Source: a virus
Length of the DNA: 44,475 nt
Virus record (IMG/VR): IMGVR_UViG_3300017691_000001
Location: 1-44,475 of that record
Strand: one strand, 5' to 3'
Both the position numbers and the translations under genes were made by a program. Below the pieces are notes generated by a model, which was not told the origin of the DNA, ran no database searches, and saw only the letters and a list, made by a program, of their open reading frames with translations. Below, one piece after another: positions 42,395 to 44,475 of this stretch. Position 1 is the first letter of the stretch. Each line of letters opens with the position of its first letter.

Positions 42395-42413
42395 CCCCTT
42401 GACAGGCAAGGGG
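42395..42413 (-). terminator. Hairpin immediately after the stop of the glycoside hydrolase gene (candidate late-operon terminator)
   Basis: Minus strand TGA-cat-CCCCTT-gcctgtc-AAGGGG-gattgtgg. 6-bp stem, 7-nt loop, weak U-tract. Confidence 0.45.
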
Positions 42414-42416
42414 ATG

Positions 42417-44285
42417 TCACTTCCCCGCAGCCTCCAACACCGCCGCCCGCTTCGGCGTCTCCGCCACAGGCTGGCCGGCATATTCGCGAATGCCCCAGGC
42501 ACCGCCCCCGCCGGCCGGGCCTGTGGCGCTATACAAGACCATCAAATCACCCGTAGCGGCCCTCCAGGCGGTGATATAATTCCTGTACAACGTCGCCATT
42601 TCAGGCGCGCGGTTGACCATCTGCACCCGTGCGCCCCCGCCGGTGGTAAAGTCCGTGACGTGCTGACCTGCCTCATAGGTGATGAGGCGCTTGCCCTTGG
42701 CGCGCACCGCGTCGAGCGTCGTCCACGACTTGGCCAAGATTTCATCCATGCCCTTACGGAGTGACGCCATGCGGGTCGCCAGATCCGCATCGGCCGGCAT
42801 GTCGCCCGCATAGTTGAAGTACGGCGCGATCGCGATGGCATCAATCGCGCTGACCAGCGCCAGATTGGCGAGATGCTGTTCCGTCACCCACGGGTTGGAC
42901 GCCTGCGACCCGGCGACGCGGACGAGGGTTTGGGGCCGATCGGCGAACACCTTGGACCAGATCGCCATCGTCTCGATGACCTTCTGGTCATAACGCGCGA
43001 TATTGGCTTGGAACCCGTTTGTATTGAGCCCGGCTGCCAGTCCCTCCGCTTGGATCTGGTGAGAGAGCGGAAAGGCATAGTTCCATGGCTCGTTGCCCAA
43101 CTCGACATAGGCGCGCCGGCCGGCCGGTAGGCTGTCGTGGACCAGCTTCGCCATGCGGGCGACATAGTCCGCGTCCGCGTTCCACGGAATGGTGAACCAC
43201 GGGTCCGCATCCGCCGCCTTGGCGAGCGCCAGCATATGCTCCAGCGCCACGCCGTCACGCTTGCGGTCGACCTGATTGATGCTCGCCGGCAGCGTGCGAT
43301 TGGCCCACGTCACCGAAGCCGGGTTCTGGTTCGCTGCTGACCAGTCAAGGAAACGGATGACCTTGAACGGCTTGAGGCTGTCGATGATCTGCGGTTCGAA
43401 CACGGCATCGCGCGGCAGCTTGACGTTGCGGCAATCCAGACCCTTGATCGGGTCGCTGGCGGGCACTTTGGAGATCGAAATCCAATTGCGCGTGTTGCCT
43501 TCCGGCGCGGGGCCAGCGGGCCAGTCGAAGGTCAGCGTGTGATCGCCGCGCGTGATCGTCTTGCGCGATCCACCAATGTCGACGTTGCCGGTGCCGGTCC
43601 ACGTGCACCGTACGAACGCCGCCTGGCCTGCAAAGATGCCGGCTGGGGGCGTCATGACGATCGCGTAGCTCTTGCCGTCAGGGACTGACAGCGGCATCCC
43701 AAGCGTGTCGAGCTGATCTGCTGGCACCGGCTGCCACTGGTTGTTCGTGTCGACCCACCCAGCCCCCGTCACGATGTTAGCGAAGGTGGCTTCGTTCGAA
43801 TAATAGTCGACGGAGGCGACGTTGATGCCGAGGCCGTTCGTGCGGTCGCTGACGGGGACAGGCGTCACAATAGGAGACCCCTGCGTCGCGCATGCCTTCA
43901 CCGTGCCGACGATGGGATCACCGCCGAACGTGGCATTGTTGCAGGTGAACTTGCCGGACAGCGCCTTGATGACGAACTTGCCCGCCGCACCGTAACGCAC
44001 CTGCGTATTCGGGAGGACCGTGCAGGTGCCGCCTTCCTCCACGCAGTTGACCCAATCAGCGACAGGCGGCAGAGCCTTGATACGATCGCGGCGGATCTGT
44101 TCGGCCGTTGTCGCTGCTGTCTTGGCCTTGGCGAAGCAGTCGGCGTTAGTGGCCAGAGCGGTAGCATTATCGGCTTCCGCCTTGCCGATGTCCGTGGGGC
44201 CGCAGCCGGCGATGGTTTGCCCGGAGGCGGGGGCCGCCAGGAAGGTGGCGAGCATGACGCCGGCCACCATGAGGTATCGGTTCAT
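42417..44285 (-). CDS. Exported glycoside hydrolase, clan GH-A-like (beta/alpha)8 fold, with an N-terminal signal peptide and a Cys-rich N-domain
   Basis: Signal peptide MNRYLMVAGVMLATFLAAPASG-Q, with a lipobox-like IAGC shortly after. Acid/base-type motif YVELGNEPWN. Candidate nucleophile LITYEAGQH. Start lies 13 nt after the esterase fibre stop. Confidence 0.8.
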   Translation of the reverse strand: MNRYLMVAGVMLATFLAAPASGQTIAGCGPTDIGKAEADNATALATNADCFAKAKTAATTAEQIRRDRIKALPPVADWVNCVEEGGTCTVLPNTQVRYGAAGKFVIKALSGKFTCNNATFGGDPIVGTVKACATQGSPIVTPVPVSDRTNGLGINVASVDYYSNEATFANIVTGAGWVDTNNQWQPVPADQLDTLGMPLSVPDGKSYAIVMTPPAGIFAGQAAFVRCTWTGTGNVDIGGSRKTITRGDHTLTFDWPAGPAPEGNTRNWISISKVPASDPIKGLDCRNVKLPRDAVFEPQIIDSLKPFKVIRFLDWSAANQNPASVTWANRTLPASINQVDRKRDGVALEHMLALAKAADADPWFTIPWNADADYVARMAKLVHDSLPAGRRAYVELGNEPWNYAFPLSHQIQAEGLAAGLNTNGFQANIARYDQKVIETMAIWSKVFADRPQTLVRVAGSQASNPWVTEQHLANLALVSAIDAIAIAPYFNYAGDMPADADLATRMASLRKGMDEILAKSWTTLDAVRAKGKRLITYEAGQHVTDFTTGGGARVQMVNRAPEMATLYRNYITAWRAATGDLMVLYSATGPAGGGGAWGIREYAGQPVAETPKRAAVLEAAGK

Positions 44286-44298
44286 GCTCGCTGTCCTA

Positions 44299-44475
44299 TC
44301 AGTTTTCGTAGATTTCGAGAACGGAGAGATAGCCGAAGCTATACCCTGTCGCCCGTGCGAACGTCAGTGTCAGCTTGCCGGTGCTGTCCGGTGCCATGGC
44401 CGCAATGTTGCCGACGTTGCCGTCTGCGCTGTTGCTGCCTGCATCGAAGGTGACAGACGTGGTGCCGATGGTAAC
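44299..44475 (-). CDS. 3' end of the esterase fibre gene. Only 44299..44352 is unique; 44353..44475 duplicates 1..123.
   Basis: Frame continuity across the junction: ...TFAR | ATGYSFGYLSVLEIYEN, stop TGA at 44301..44299. Confidence 0.85.
   Translation of the reverse strand, partial: VTIGTTSVTFDAGSNSADGNVGNIAAMAPDSTGKLTLTFARATGYSFGYLSVLEIYEN
44353..44475. repeat. Direct terminal repeat copy 2, identical to 1..123
   Basis: Exact 123-nt identity with the window start. Joining the ends keeps the minus-strand reading frame of the split gene. Confidence 0.97.

Noticed and set aside
42118-42416. attP site with a tRNA 3' half, implying a temperate integrating phage
   Set aside because: No tyrosine or serine recombinase, excisionase or transposase motif was seen in any ORF on either strand. 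It remains a minor alternative explanation under the tRNA-like finding.
1-44475. CRISPR arrays, rRNA genes, IS elements or other transposases
   Set aside because: No regularly spaced direct repeats, rRNA-like conserved blocks, terminal inverted repeats or DDE-type ORFs were seen on either strand. The only repeats found are the short ones listed.

Overview
This window appears to be one complete phage genome. Bases 1-123 are identical to bases 44353-44475, so the unique length is 44,352 bp and the contig break falls inside a gene. The sequence is GC-rich and very tightly packed, with many ATGA, GTGA and TAATG stop/start overlaps. There are two transcription blocks. The minus-strand block runs 29921 -> 1 and continues across the junction 44352 -> 42417. 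It encodes an XRE-type HTH, a primase-polymerase, small unknown genes, a TerS-like protein and TerL. It then encodes a clearly P22-like morphogenesis set: portal, scaffold, coat, gp4-like adaptor, gp10-like protein and large ejection proteins. These are followed by a tail fibre adaptor, a beta-helix tailspike, a lysis cassette (GH19 endolysin and holin-like proteins), an SGNH-esterase fibre and a signal-peptide glycoside hydrolase. The plus-strand block (30005-42117) encodes a recombination/replication module: Sak4-like ATPase, DUF669 SSB, HNH, YqaJ exonuclease, SF2 helicase and VRR-NUC. About 20 small accessory genes follow, including a Lar-like gene, a MazG-like gene and a DUF3307 gene. A three-gene antisense regulator operon (35652-36546) is embedded in this block. 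I found no integrase, rRNA, canonical tRNA or CRISPR array. The best candidates for something undescribed are: (1) a CCA-terminated, D-arm-less tRNA-like fold plus a long-range helix in the 300-bp non-coding zone at 42118-42416; (2) the antisense regulator operon with paired GCGCA-N5-TGCGC operators over back-to-back promoters in a phage that lacks an integrase; (3) a lysis cassette with no recognisable spanin, a 44-aa cationic peptide after the endolysin, and two extra carbohydrate-active enzymes beside it. All family calls come from motifs read by eye. No database search was run, and GC statements are visual rather than computed.
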